DNA from: Candidatus Latescibacterota bacterium
GTDB taxonomy: Bacteria; Latescibacterota; UBA2968; UBA8231
Assembly: GCA_965261395.1 (NCBI GenBank)
Contig: OZ253462.1
Location: forward strand, 768,001-832,000
Direction: 5' to 3'
DNA: 64,000 nucleotides
Shown here: positions 55,571 through 64,000 of the stretch, piece by piece
Numbering within the stretch: position 1 is the first letter of the stretch
Layout of the letters: the number at the start of each line of letters is the position of its first letter
The notes under the pieces: generated by a model
Told to the model about the DNA's origin: nothing
Databases searched by the model: none
What the model saw: the letters and a program-made list of their open reading frames with translations, nothing else
Position numbers and translations under genes: made by a program

Positions 55571-56584
55571 TTATCCATACACCATCTGTATCAATGCCCG
55601 AATATACCCAATGGCATACGCCTTCCCGTACAACGACCCGTACCCATGTGGAAAAGACGGCGTGTGGTCCATCATATACGGCCCATTAAACCCATTATCG
55701 CGATATACTTCCATCGCGCGCCGCATATCCACTTCCCCCTCATCCAAGAACACCTCGGTAAATCGCGGCAACTGCCCGCGTACATTGCGGAAATGCACCC
55801 ATGCGATTTTGTCCTTTGCAGCCATCTCGGCGATTGCGTCGTAGATCTTTTCCGGCCCTAGCAACTCGGTCATGCACCCCTGGCAAAAGAGCATGCAATT
55901 GCTGTCGCTTGGCGCGATCTTGAAGAAGATCCTGCGGAACTGCTCCATGGTCGAACAAATCTGCGCCACGCCCCCTAGCGGCTCGGGAATCGGCGGGTCG
56001 TCCGGGTGCAGGGCCATCCGCACCCCCGCCTTTTCGGCCGCGGGGATCGCCGCCGCTAGAAATCGCTCCATCCGCGCCCACATCTGCGCTTCGTCCACTG
56101 GAGGCTCGTGTGGTTCGGGCCGGTTTTTAGCAAAAACTGCGTAGTCGAACGTACTGTATTTCACGCCGCCTCTACCCGTATCCGCAGGGGTGCGAAAATT
56201 GCCCATGGGTTTGAAATTCCAGCCCACGCAGGGAATACCGGCTTGGCCCACGCTCTCCAGCATCTTGCACCAGTGGCCGATCTTCTCGTCCATGTCCTCC
56301 TCGGCCAAGGTGATCTCCTCCCAAGCAGGCATGAAGATATTGTTCAGCTTCATGCCGTGCGCCTCAATCTTTTCCCGCGCCTGCGCCAACGTGTCGGTGC
56401 AGTCCTTGCCGGCCTTTAAATCCTGTGCCAGCGACGTATTCGCCGAGCCGGTACCGCTCCGACGCCCGGCGACGGGCGCTCCTCCACGCAACTCCAGATG
56501 GACTGAGTCCACCCCGATCGCGCGAAAAAAGCTCAGATGCTCGTCGTCGAGTTCGCCGATGGAAATTTGGTCTTGGATATACAT
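55571..56584 (-). CDS. uxuA: Mannonate dehydratase (UxuA) family
   Basis: MALHPDDPP, FCQG, VHFRNV, FTEVFLDEG, DHTP, YAIGYIRAL. Confidence 0.85.
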   Translation of the reverse strand: MYIQDQISIGELDDEHLSFFRAIGVDSVHLELRGGAPVAGRRSGTGSANTSLAQDLKAGKDCTDTLAQAREKIEAHGMKLNNIFMPAWEEITLAEEDMDEKIGHWCKMLESVGQAGIPCVGWNFKPMGNFRTPADTGRGGVKYSTFDYAVFAKNRPEPHEPPVDEAQMWARMERFLAAAIPAAEKAGVRMALHPDDPPIPEPLGGVAQICSTMEQFRRIFFKIAPSDSNCMLFCQGCMTELLGPEKIYDAIAEMAAKDKIAWVHFRNVRGQLPRFTEVFLDEGEVDMRRAMEVYRDNGFNGPYMMDHTPSFPHGYGSLYGKAYAIGYIRALIQMVYG

Positions 56585-56632
56585 CCGCCGCTTTCTTTGT
56601 TGACCGCAACCCTCCGCGTCAATACCTGTTTA

Positions 56633-57550
56633 TCATCCGGCGACCGGCCGATCCCGCTGATTTTGTCCGCCGTAGCGGAAGCCCGGCACGTTGTCGGCGC
56701 AGTAGGTTCCGCGGAAGAGGGTCTGCCGCATCGGTGGCATCTGCTCGACGAGTTCGGCCGGTGGCGACCACGAGCTCCAGCGCGAGCCAACGCTATTGTA
56801 GAGGTTGAAGATGCCCACCCGCTCGTTGTCGGCATTGGTCCACGGAGAGGTGCTGTGCGCCAGGGCCTCGGTAAAAAACAATACCGACCCAGCCGGGCAC
56901 TCGTATGTTTCCCACACCGCCGAATGCGGGTCCTGAATGGCGGCGGGCGAGGGGTATGCGGCCTTATGGCTCCCCGTGGCTAAGAGCGTGCCGCCCTGTC
57001 TCATTTTGACCGGTGCTAGCTCCCACACCACCCGCGTCAACCCGCTAAAGGACTTGCCGGGAATACTCTGGTAGTGATGCGAATCTACAGCAAAGCGAAA
57101 GAAGCCGCTGCCGTTGTGCGGTTTGAAAACGCCCTCCCGCTCGGGGGTCGCCGCTGGGTTGCGCAAGCCACTGCCCTCCATGCGAAACCCGTAGCACTCG
57201 GCGCTCGATAGCCCAGGAAACGCCAGAAACTCGTTGAGGAAGCCCACTACCACCGGATGATCGGTCAGCTTCTCCAGCGGCCCGGCCACAAAGGAACGCT
57301 CGTGTTCCGGCAGCGACTCCGGGTGCTGCTGCACGCGCAATGCGTACTCGCGCATGGCTTCAATCTCGTCGTCGGCCAATACCCCGGGCACCAAGAGCCA
57401 CCCGCGGACATCGAAGAGGTATTTCTGCTCGTCGGTCAGCTCGGCGACCGGTTCGCCATCGGCGTTTTTTTGCGGTAGGTCGCCTTCCTCCAACAGCAAC
57501 GGCTGCCCTAGATTCTTATCTACTACGTATGCTTCGCTCATCTTGTGCAT
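56633..57550 (-). CDS. PhyH family Fe/2OG enzyme with HxG motif
   Basis: QKYLFDVRGW, PHNG, GSHKA, AGSVLFFTEALAHS. Confidence 0.82.
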   Translation of the reverse strand: MHKMSEAYVVDKNLGQPLLLEEGDLPQKNADGEPVAELTDEQKYLFDVRGWLLVPGVLADDEIEAMREYALRVQQHPESLPEHERSFVAGPLEKLTDHPVVVGFLNEFLAFPGLSSAECYGFRMEGSGLRNPAATPEREGVFKPHNGSGFFRFAVDSHHYQSIPGKSFSGLTRVVWELAPVKMRQGGTLLATGSHKAAYPSPAAIQDPHSAVWETYECPAGSVLFFTEALAHSTSPWTNADNERVGIFNLYNSVGSRWSSWSPPAELVEQMPPMRQTLFRGTYCADNVPGFRYGGQNQRDRPVAG

Positions 57551-57576
57551 CCTCCTTTTCGCGGTGCATCTAGGAC

Positions 57577-57882
57577 CTACTCGGCCTTGGGGAATGGGCC
57601 GGGCGGCGTCTTATTGGTTCCATCCACCTCGTATTCGTCCGCCGGAAACGCCGTGCATAAGAACTTGCGAAAGCGCTGTGCTCGCGCCTCGGGCGTATCG
57701 CCCATCGGATCCATGGGGTCGGCGTCCGTGCGTACGTTCTCTGGCTCGGGCGTGTACAGGATGTTCTTGATCACCCCGCGCATCTCTGCCGCTTGGTCGG
57801 CCGTCGCGACCCCAGGCACTGTGAAATAGCCCTTCTCTTCCCACGTTTGGACTTGGGCTTGGGTGGGTTGCCAGCTTTTCAT
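57577..57882 (-). pseudogene. PhyH-family gene lacking the catalytic core (probable internal deletion)
   Basis: N-terminus TWEEKGYFTVPGV is PhyH-like, but the ORF is 101 aa with no HxD...H. Confidence 0.6.
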
Positions 57883-57894
57883 GCGTCCTCCATC

Positions 57895-59034
57895 TCAGTG
57901 CTCTTCAACTACCAGCGAGCTGAATTTATCCTCGTCCCACTCCGCGCCCCAACCCGGCCCATCCGGGGGCGCGATGTGCCCTTCTTCAATCAAGGGCGCG
58001 TTGAGCAAACCCCACCGCGCCCCGGTCTGCCGCAAGCTGTCGGCCGTTGCCCCGAAAAACTCGTAGAAATCCGTGTTGTCGATACAGCAGCCCAAGTGCG
58101 CGTGGACCAGCCCATCCAACGCCCCGCCGCCATTCAGTTCGATATTCGCGCCGTGCAGCTCGGCCAGATGCGCCAGCTTCAGCACCTGCGTCGTCCCGTG
58201 CCGGGCATTGCCCCGCAGGCGATCGGTCGCCCCTTGGATCAGCCATTGCGCCGTCAAGTCGATGTCGTGCATCAGCATCTCGGTGCCCATCACCGGAATG
58301 GTCAACGCTCGGCACAACTCCTGATATTGATTCATCTTCTGCTCGTGCATCGGCTCTTCCAACCACACAAAATCCAGTTCCTCCAGCACCCTCCCCACTT
58401 CAAGGGCCTCGCGCAAGTCATAGGAACACACTGGATCGGTGATCAACTCGTAATCCGGCCCCACGGCGTCCCGCACGGCCCTGTAAATGGGGATATCGGC
58501 CTTGCCTCCTTTATAGGTGTGAAACTTGTACGCCCCAATACCCATCCCCTTGCCGGTCTCTATGGCCCTGAGATAGCCCTCTATGTCCGTATCTCCGCCG
58601 GTCAGATACGCGGGTAGCCGCGGCCGCACGCGCCCCACCAACGCATAGACCGGTAGCCCCGCAGTCTTGCCCAAAATGTCCCACAGACAGTTGTCAAACG
58701 CCCCAAACCAACCCGGGGGCTGGTACACCCACCGAGTTCCCTTCCAAAACTGCTGAAACAACTCCTCGCGCTCCCAAGGGCTCCGCCCCACCGAGTGATA
58801 CCGCACGATGTCGGCCTGATAGGGAGTCATCGACGTATCGCTGCGGCCCACGATCCCCTCGTCCGTATGCACCTCCAAAAAGCTCTGCCGCACCGGGCGC
58901 AATTCCTGATCGGGTCTGCCCCTATGCGTGTACTGTGTCCTCCTCAGCCCCTCTACCCGCGCGATACTATGGCCGACGCTCCCCTTGCGGCTTGGGTCTT
59001 CCAACACCAGCAATTTCACCGCAGTGATTTTCAT
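57895..59034 (-). CDS. Mandelate racemase/enolase superfamily protein
   Basis: LWDILGKTAGLPVY, YKFH, WLEEP, PDGPGWG. Confidence 0.9.
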   Translation of the reverse strand: MKITAVKLLVLEDPSRKGSVGHSIARVEGLRRTQYTHRGRPDQELRPVRQSFLEVHTDEGIVGRSDTSMTPYQADIVRYHSVGRSPWEREELFQQFWKGTRWVYQPPGWFGAFDNCLWDILGKTAGLPVYALVGRVRPRLPAYLTGGDTDIEGYLRAIETGKGMGIGAYKFHTYKGGKADIPIYRAVRDAVGPDYELITDPVCSYDLREALEVGRVLEELDFVWLEEPMHEQKMNQYQELCRALTIPVMGTEMLMHDIDLTAQWLIQGATDRLRGNARHGTTQVLKLAHLAELHGANIELNGGGALDGLVHAHLGCCIDNTDFYEFFGATADSLRQTGARWGLLNAPLIEEGHIAPPDGPGWGAEWDEDKFSSLVVEEH

Positions 59035-59112
59035 GTTCGTCTCCTTTATCGGCGAATTTGAGTACCCTATATTTCATTTCCTCCCGACGACTGTCAACCT
59101 CAGAGACCTATT

Positions 59113-60249
59113 ATGAAAATCGCCGCTATTGAAACCTTCGACCTCACCTGCCCCCTTGAACGCCCCTTTGGCTGGTCCCAAGGCTGGATCGACCAGCGCA
59201 GCACCACGCTCGTCAAAGTCTCCACGGACGACGGCCTCGTCGGCTGGGGCGAAGGCGCGGCCGCCGGTCTCATCGACGGCTTGCTCGCCCCGCTGCTCAT
59301 CGGCCAAGACCCCATGGACCGCGCGGGGCTGTGGGAGCGCATGTTCCACGCCCTCTACAACGGCAATAACGCGGTCGGCCTAGCCGGCAGCGCCCTTTCC
59401 GCGCTCGACATTGCCCTTTGGGATCTCGCGGGCAAAGCCACCGGCCTCCCGGTCTGCGCCCTCCTCGGCGGCAAGGTCCGCGATAAAGTGGCCGTCTATG
59501 CCACCGGCCTCTACTATACCGAAGGCGAGTTTCCCGACCGCCTGCTCGACGAGGCGCGGGGCTATGTGGCCGCAGGCTTCAAGGGGATGAAGACCAAGGT
59601 CGGGGGGCTATCCATCGCCGAGGATGTTGCGCGCGTCAGGGCGCTACGCGAGGCCATCGGCCCGGACATTCATCTCATGGTCGATGCCAACGAAGCCTAC
59701 AACGCCACCACGGCGATTCGCCTTGGCCAGAAGCTGGCCGAGCTGGATCTGGTGTGGTTTGAAGAGCCGGTCAACGCCCAAGACTTGGACGCCTATTTGG
59801 AAATCAAAGCGGCGCTACCCATGGCCATTGCCGGCGGCGAAAACCTGCGCACTCGCTACGAATTCAAGCCCTATCTGACGCGCCGCGCCTACGACATTGT
59901 CCAGCCCGACATCATGCACTGCGGCGGCATCACCGAAATGCAGCGCATCTGCGCCATGGCCAATGCCTGCGGCATTCAGGTCAACCCCCACGTCTGGGGA
60001 TCGCCCGTTATGATCGCCGCCACTTTGCATCTAGCCGCCACCTTGCCGCCCTGCCCGCCAGCACGCAACGCCCAACCCTATATGCAGGAGCCGGTGATGG
60101 AATTCGACCGCACGCCGAGTGCCATCCGTCAAGAACTATGCGCGGTGCCGTTTGACCAAGAGGACAGCTTTGTGCTCGTGCCGACCGGGCCGGGATTGGG
60201 GATTGAGGTGGATGAAGAGGTGGTCGGGAATTTGCGGGCCTCTCGGTGA
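59113..60249 (+). CDS. Mandelate racemase/MLE family protein
   Basis: DIALWDLAGK, KTKVG, MVDAN, WFEEP, AGGE, PHVWG, PGLGIEVDE. Confidence 0.93.
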   Translation: MKIAAIETFDLTCPLERPFGWSQGWIDQRSTTLVKVSTDDGLVGWGEGAAAGLIDGLLAPLLIGQDPMDRAGLWERMFHALYNGNNAVGLAGSALSALDIALWDLAGKATGLPVCALLGGKVRDKVAVYATGLYYTEGEFPDRLLDEARGYVAAGFKGMKTKVGGLSIAEDVARVRALREAIGPDIHLMVDANEAYNATTAIRLGQKLAELDLVWFEEPVNAQDLDAYLEIKAALPMAIAGGENLRTRYEFKPYLTRRAYDIVQPDIMHCGGITEMQRICAMANACGIQVNPHVWGSPVMIAATLHLAATLPPCPPARNAQPYMQEPVMEFDRTPSAIRQELCAVPFDQEDSFVLVPTGPGLGIEVDEEVVGNLRASR

Positions 60250-61172
60250 CGGCGAGCGACCGGACGGAGCGTCGATCACTAGGCCTGACCCTTGCCTTTA
60301 CCACTCTGCTGTTGTGGGGTGCCCTGCCCGTGGTGCTCAAGCTGCTGTTGCAATCGCTGGACCCCTTTACCGTTACTTGGTACCGTTTCCTGCTCGCGGG
60401 TGCTATGCTAGTCCCCGTCGTCCACTTTCGCTACGGCCTCGCGTCCCCCTTTCGGATCCGCGGCGCGGCCTTGGCTCTGGCGGTGGTTTGCGTCCTCGGC
60501 CTCGGCGGCAACTACCTGACGTATTTGATGGGCCTGAGCCGCATCTCGCCTGGCTCGGCTCAGATTGTGATGCAGTTTTCGCCAATAATTGTACTCTTGG
60601 GCGGGCTGATCCTCTTCAAAGAATCCTTTAGCCGTTTGCAGTGGATCGGCCTCGGCGTGCTAATCGTGGGGATGGGGCTCTTTTTTAATCAGCGCTTCGC
60701 CGAACTGCTCTCCTTGGTGGAAAACTACGGCATCGGCGTTTGGCTCGTCTTTACCTCGGCCATCCTCTGGGGAGCTTTCATGCTGGCGCAAAAACCCCTG
60801 CTGCGGCACTTGCCCTCGACCTCGATCATGGCCTTGGTCTATTGGTTTGGCATGATGCTGTTCCTGCCCTTGGCCCAGCCGAGCCGCATACTCGACCTGC
60901 CGGCCATCCCCTGCTTGCTCTTGGCCTGCTCGGTCGTCTTCACCCTCGTCTCCTATCTCAGCTTCGCCGAATCGCTCAAGCGGATGGAAGCTTCGCGCAT
61001 AGGTGCGCTGGTCTCGCTGACGCCCCTGATCACTATAGCCATGATGGGCCTACTCGCTCTCTTCGACCCCAACCTAGTCCCTATGGAACCCCTCAACAAA
61101 CTCGCCGTCGGCGGTACCATACTAGTCGTCATCGGATCTATGTGCGGCACCTTGGGGAGGAGCGCCTCCTAA
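60246..61172 (+). CDS. DMT/EamA family transporter
   Basis: Two EamA repeats, ~10 transmembrane segments (LLWGALP, WYRF, LFKESFS). Confidence 0.92.
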   Translation: MTASDRTERRSLGLTLAFTTLLLWGALPVVLKLLLQSLDPFTVTWYRFLLAGAMLVPVVHFRYGLASPFRIRGAALALAVVCVLGLGGNYLTYLMGLSRISPGSAQIVMQFSPIIVLLGGLILFKESFSRLQWIGLGVLIVGMGLFFNQRFAELLSLVENYGIGVWLVFTSAILWGAFMLAQKPLLRHLPSTSIMALVYWFGMMLFLPLAQPSRILDLPAIPCLLLACSVVFTLVSYLSFAESLKRMEASRIGALVSLTPLITIAMMGLLALFDPNLVPMEPLNKLAVGGTILVVIGSMCGTLGRSAS

Positions 61173-61214
61173 CGGCCTAAAGCAAAGCGAGAAAACATCC
61201 CGAGAAACTCATTA

Positions 61215-61262
61215 GCCGGGATTGAGGGTTGAAGTGGATGAAGAGGTCGTCGCGAGATTGCG
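61215..61262 (+). repeat. Diverged duplicate of the 3' end of the enolase-family gene
   Basis: 41/48 identical to 60189-60236; PGLRVEVDEEVVARLR versus PGLGIEVDEEVVGNLR. Confidence 0.85.
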
Positions 61263-61289
61263 ACGAGAACCCTACAAGGAGCCAATTCT

Positions 61290-62471
61290 ATGGTATTCTC
61301 AAGAGTATTCAGTGCGGCTTTGGCTGTGGTCCTTCTATTCGCGCAGGGCGAACCTGTCGAAGCAATTTCTGAAAGGATCTCTCCGTCGGTGCGCGTCAAC
61401 GGGATGGGTCAGGCGGGCGTCGCTCTCCCGGACGAGCCGGCCGGTTACTACAACCCTGGTGCGACAGCCCTGTCATCTCCTGCACATACGCTGCAGAGCC
61501 GTTTCTACCTGAGCGAGATGCCGTGGCTTCCAGCGTTGGCAGATGATTTGAGCTACAACTACTTTGCTGCTCAGGCCGCAGCCGAGCGTGTTCTCGACGG
61601 CTTCTTGGGGTTGGATAGGCCAACAAGGCTTAGAGCAGCATTCTACGGGTACCGTACGAAGCTGGATCTCGGAGAACAGTTGCGCACAAATGAAAGGGGC
61701 GAGGTAACAGGTACTTTCACCGATGTAGATGCCTCCAACAATATCGGCGTCAGCTTGGCATTGAGGTCCGTCGTGGAGATAGGCGTCGGTGCGACCTCCA
61801 AGCGGATTTCATCTAGTCTTGGCGGGAGAAAAGGCTCAGCCGAGGCATACGACTTCGGTCTCATGGCGGTAGTACCGATGGTCGGAGTTTTGGAGCGCCT
61901 CACCGGAAGGGAGCTTACCCGGAATCAACACCTTCGGCCGCAGCTCAATGTCGGATTTGGTATCACATGGCAGAACCGTGGGGGTGAAACCATTAGCTAC
62001 CCCGACGTATTGTTTGCCGATCCTCTACCAGCGAACAGGCGGCACGGATGGTCGGGCACCTTGGGAATGGACTGGCGCTCAGACTCCCTCAGTCTCGCTA
62101 TCGGCAGAGTGACATTTTCCAAGGAGACCTACCGCCCCCAAGTAGATGGTGCCCATATCACTAGCCTTGCTGAGGACGACAAGAGCGGATTTGAGGTTTC
62201 GATTCTGGAGACGGTCTCGATTCGGCGGGGGACGTATGACGACTTTGATGGCGAGATTCATTTGGAGACCTCGGGGTGGACCGTTAAATCCGATGGTCTC
62301 TTCAAGTTTTTTGCACACCAATTGGACAGTACTCCGTCCAATTCCGAAGGCGGCGCACTCCAGTTCCTTGCCAGACACTTGTCAATCAGTTGGTCTCGGT
62401 TCGAATACCGCGACAGAAGTCCGTCACCGTTCCGCGGTGTCGGCCACTCCTTCATCGGCTTGTCGTTCTGA
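61290..62471 (+). CDS. PorV/PorQ-like outer-membrane beta-barrel protein
   Basis: Signal peptide; SVRVNGMGQAGVAL...YYNPG; PWLPALADDL; RTNERGEVTGTF; C-terminal Phe. Confidence 0.72.
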   Translation: MVFSRVFSAALAVVLLFAQGEPVEAISERISPSVRVNGMGQAGVALPDEPAGYYNPGATALSSPAHTLQSRFYLSEMPWLPALADDLSYNYFAAQAAAERVLDGFLGLDRPTRLRAAFYGYRTKLDLGEQLRTNERGEVTGTFTDVDASNNIGVSLALRSVVEIGVGATSKRISSSLGGRKGSAEAYDFGLMAVVPMVGVLERLTGRELTRNQHLRPQLNVGFGITWQNRGGETISYPDVLFADPLPANRRHGWSGTLGMDWRSDSLSLAIGRVTFSKETYRPQVDGAHITSLAEDDKSGFEVSILETVSIRRGTYDDFDGEIHLETSGWTVKSDGLFKFFAHQLDSTPSNSEGGALQFLARHLSISWSRFEYRDRSPSPFRGVGHSFIGLSF

Positions 62472-62564
62472 GTAGCGGATTCTCCGATCGGACCAATCTA
62501 TTCGCTTCTGCCCAAGGCATCGCAAAGAGATCGCTTCACCGAGCCTTCAGGATCGACAACACCA

Positions 62565-63140
62565 ATGGATTTTCGCATCGAAGAAGAACGCCTCGACGTC
62601 CTGCCCGAATACGGCCAAGTGCCTATCGTCTTTGAAGTAAAAAGCCGCTTTCGCGTCGAACTCATCGGCAATGGCTTGGGGGGAATCCAACTGGTCGAAG
62701 AATCCGTCGATCCGTCCTACATCAAAGACTACGACCACTCCGGCGGCCCCGAGCGCTGGACCCGGAGAACGTGGGACCTCTCGCGGTGGATTATCGTCGC
62801 CGCATACAGGGAACAAGAGCGCATCGGCGGAGCCCTTGTCGCCTTTCACGGCGAAGGCTTAGACTACTGCGAAGGGCGCGAAGACCTAGCCGGCCTCTGG
62901 GACATCCGCGTGCGCTCCGAATATCAAGGACGAGGCGTGGGCAAGGCGCTCTTCCAACGCGCCGAGACCTGCGCCAAGAAGCAGGGCTGCACCCAGTTGA
63001 AAATAGAAACCCAAAACATCAACGTGCCCGCCTGCCGCTTCTACGCCCGCATGGGTGCCAAGCTCGGTCAAGTCCACCTCTACGCCTACCATACCGAGGG
63101 CCTAGACGAGGTGCAACTGACTTGGTACAAGGATCTGTAG
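62565..63140 (+). CDS. GNAT acetyltransferase (streptothricin-acetyltransferase-like)
   Basis: WDIRVRSEYQGRGVG, LKIETQNINVPACRFY. Confidence 0.88.
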   Translation: MDFRIEEERLDVLPEYGQVPIVFEVKSRFRVELIGNGLGGIQLVEESVDPSYIKDYDHSGGPERWTRRTWDLSRWIIVAAYREQERIGGALVAFHGEGLDYCEGREDLAGLWDIRVRSEYQGRGVGKALFQRAETCAKKQGCTQLKIETQNINVPACRFYARMGAKLGQVHLYAYHTEGLDEVQLTWYKDL

Positions 63141-63210
63141 CCGCCGCAGACGCTGGCGGTCAAAAACAACATTTGAGCATAATTCAGGTTTAAACCGAGG
63201 AGAGCCGGGT

Positions 63211-64000
63211 ATGACAGATCTTTTCGAGAGAGTGCGCGAAGACTTCCCGCGAGCACGGACCATGGCGTACTTCGACAACGCCTCGTCGCATCCGATCAGT
63301 GTGCACTCGGCCGCGGCCCTGCACCGGTACGTCGATTGGGTCGCGCACGAGGTGGGGGAGCCGTGGTGGCCGGCCTGGGCGCCGCCGCGAGACCAAGCCA
63401 AGGCCCTATTTGCCCAGCTCATCAACGCCGACCCCGGAGAAATCGCCTTTGCGCGCAGCACGGTGGAATCGGAGAGCAATATCCTCAACGGCTTGCGGGA
63501 TCATCTGGCGGGCGGCAATGTGGTGACATCGGATCTGAGCTTCAATCCCTGCATCTACAACTACAAGTTTCGCGAGCAGCAAGGTCTCGATGTGCGGATC
63601 GTCAAGAATCGCAACTGGCAAATCGACATGGCCGCCATGGAAGATGCGGTCGACGGCAATACCCGGCTGATTTCAGTGGCATTGGTGTCAAACGTCAATG
63701 GGTATGTCGCAGATGTCGCGGCGCTGAGCAAGCTAGCTCACGACAACGGCGCGTACCTGTATGTCGATATCATGCAGGCCGCGGGCGGCGTTCCGATCGA
63801 CGTCAAGGCGATGGGCATCGACTTTGCGGCTTGTTCGACGTTCAAGTGGCTGATGGGCGTCAAGGGGTTCGGGTTTCTGTACGTTCGCTCTGATCTGCAG
63901 CTCGACGTGCTCAAACCGTCTCAACCCACAGGTGGTGTGGCACTCAACTATCCCCCCTGGGTGGAAGATCCCGATTCGGCTGGTAAGGAGATATCGTTTT
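63211..64000 (+). CDS. Aminotransferase class V PLP enzyme (runs off the window end; absent from the ORF track)
   Basis: MTDLFERVREDFP...YFDNAS; YVDIMQAAG; ACSTFKWLMG with the PLP lysine. Confidence 0.88.
   Translation, partial: MTDLFERVREDFPRARTMAYFDNASSHPISVHSAAALHRYVDWVAHEVGEPWWPAWAPPRDQAKALFAQLINADPGEIAFARSTVESESNILNGLRDHLAGGNVVTSDLSFNPCIYNYKFREQQGLDVRIVKNRNWQIDMAAMEDAVDGNTRLISVALVSNVNGYVADVAALSKLAHDNGAYLYVDIMQAAGGVPIDVKAMGIDFAACSTFKWLMGVKGFGFLYVRSDLQLDVLKPSQPTGGVALNYPPWVEDPDSAGKEISF

Noticed and set aside
1-64000. CRISPR array, rRNA, tRNA, reverse transcriptase/DGR, integron integrase
   Set aside because: No regularly spaced repeat-spacer array, RNA-gene signature, RT or tyrosine recombinase motif seen. 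Differences between the protease paralogs are not adenine-specific.

Overview
High-GC bacterial window. The gene content suggests an FCB-group (Latescibacterota-like) host- or sponge-associated organism; this is inference from FlgD-Ig/T9SS-type sorting domains, a PorV-like barrel, ten PhyH-family dioxygenase genes, HEAT/TPR/LRR proteins and sugar-acid catabolism. The backbone is recQ, amtB, oxidoreductases, a sodium:solute symporter and a 42-60 kb cluster of aldolases, enolase-superfamily enzymes and dehydratases. Accessory DNA: (i) a 9-kb integrase-free insert after recQ with two paralogous ~1300-aa multidomain secreted S1 proteases around a DUF433/PIN toxin-antitoxin pair; (ii) a ~1421-aa surface protein gene split by an IS30; (iii) an intact IS982, an orphan IS982 left end that brackets an LRR lipoprotein gene, and two IS982 remnants; (iv) a 2-kb low-GC array of small ORFs, each delimited by a 21-bp ATTTCAAA-N6-CACTACC motif resembling an IS1-type end, with no cognate transposase in the window. 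The same motif recurs at two other island edges. The two most notable patterns are this motif-delimited cassette array and three independent insertions, each bracketed by a diverged duplicate of the upstream host gene's 3' end. No CRISPR array, rRNA, tRNA, reverse transcriptase or integrase was seen. All family calls come from motif recognition by eye, not database searches.
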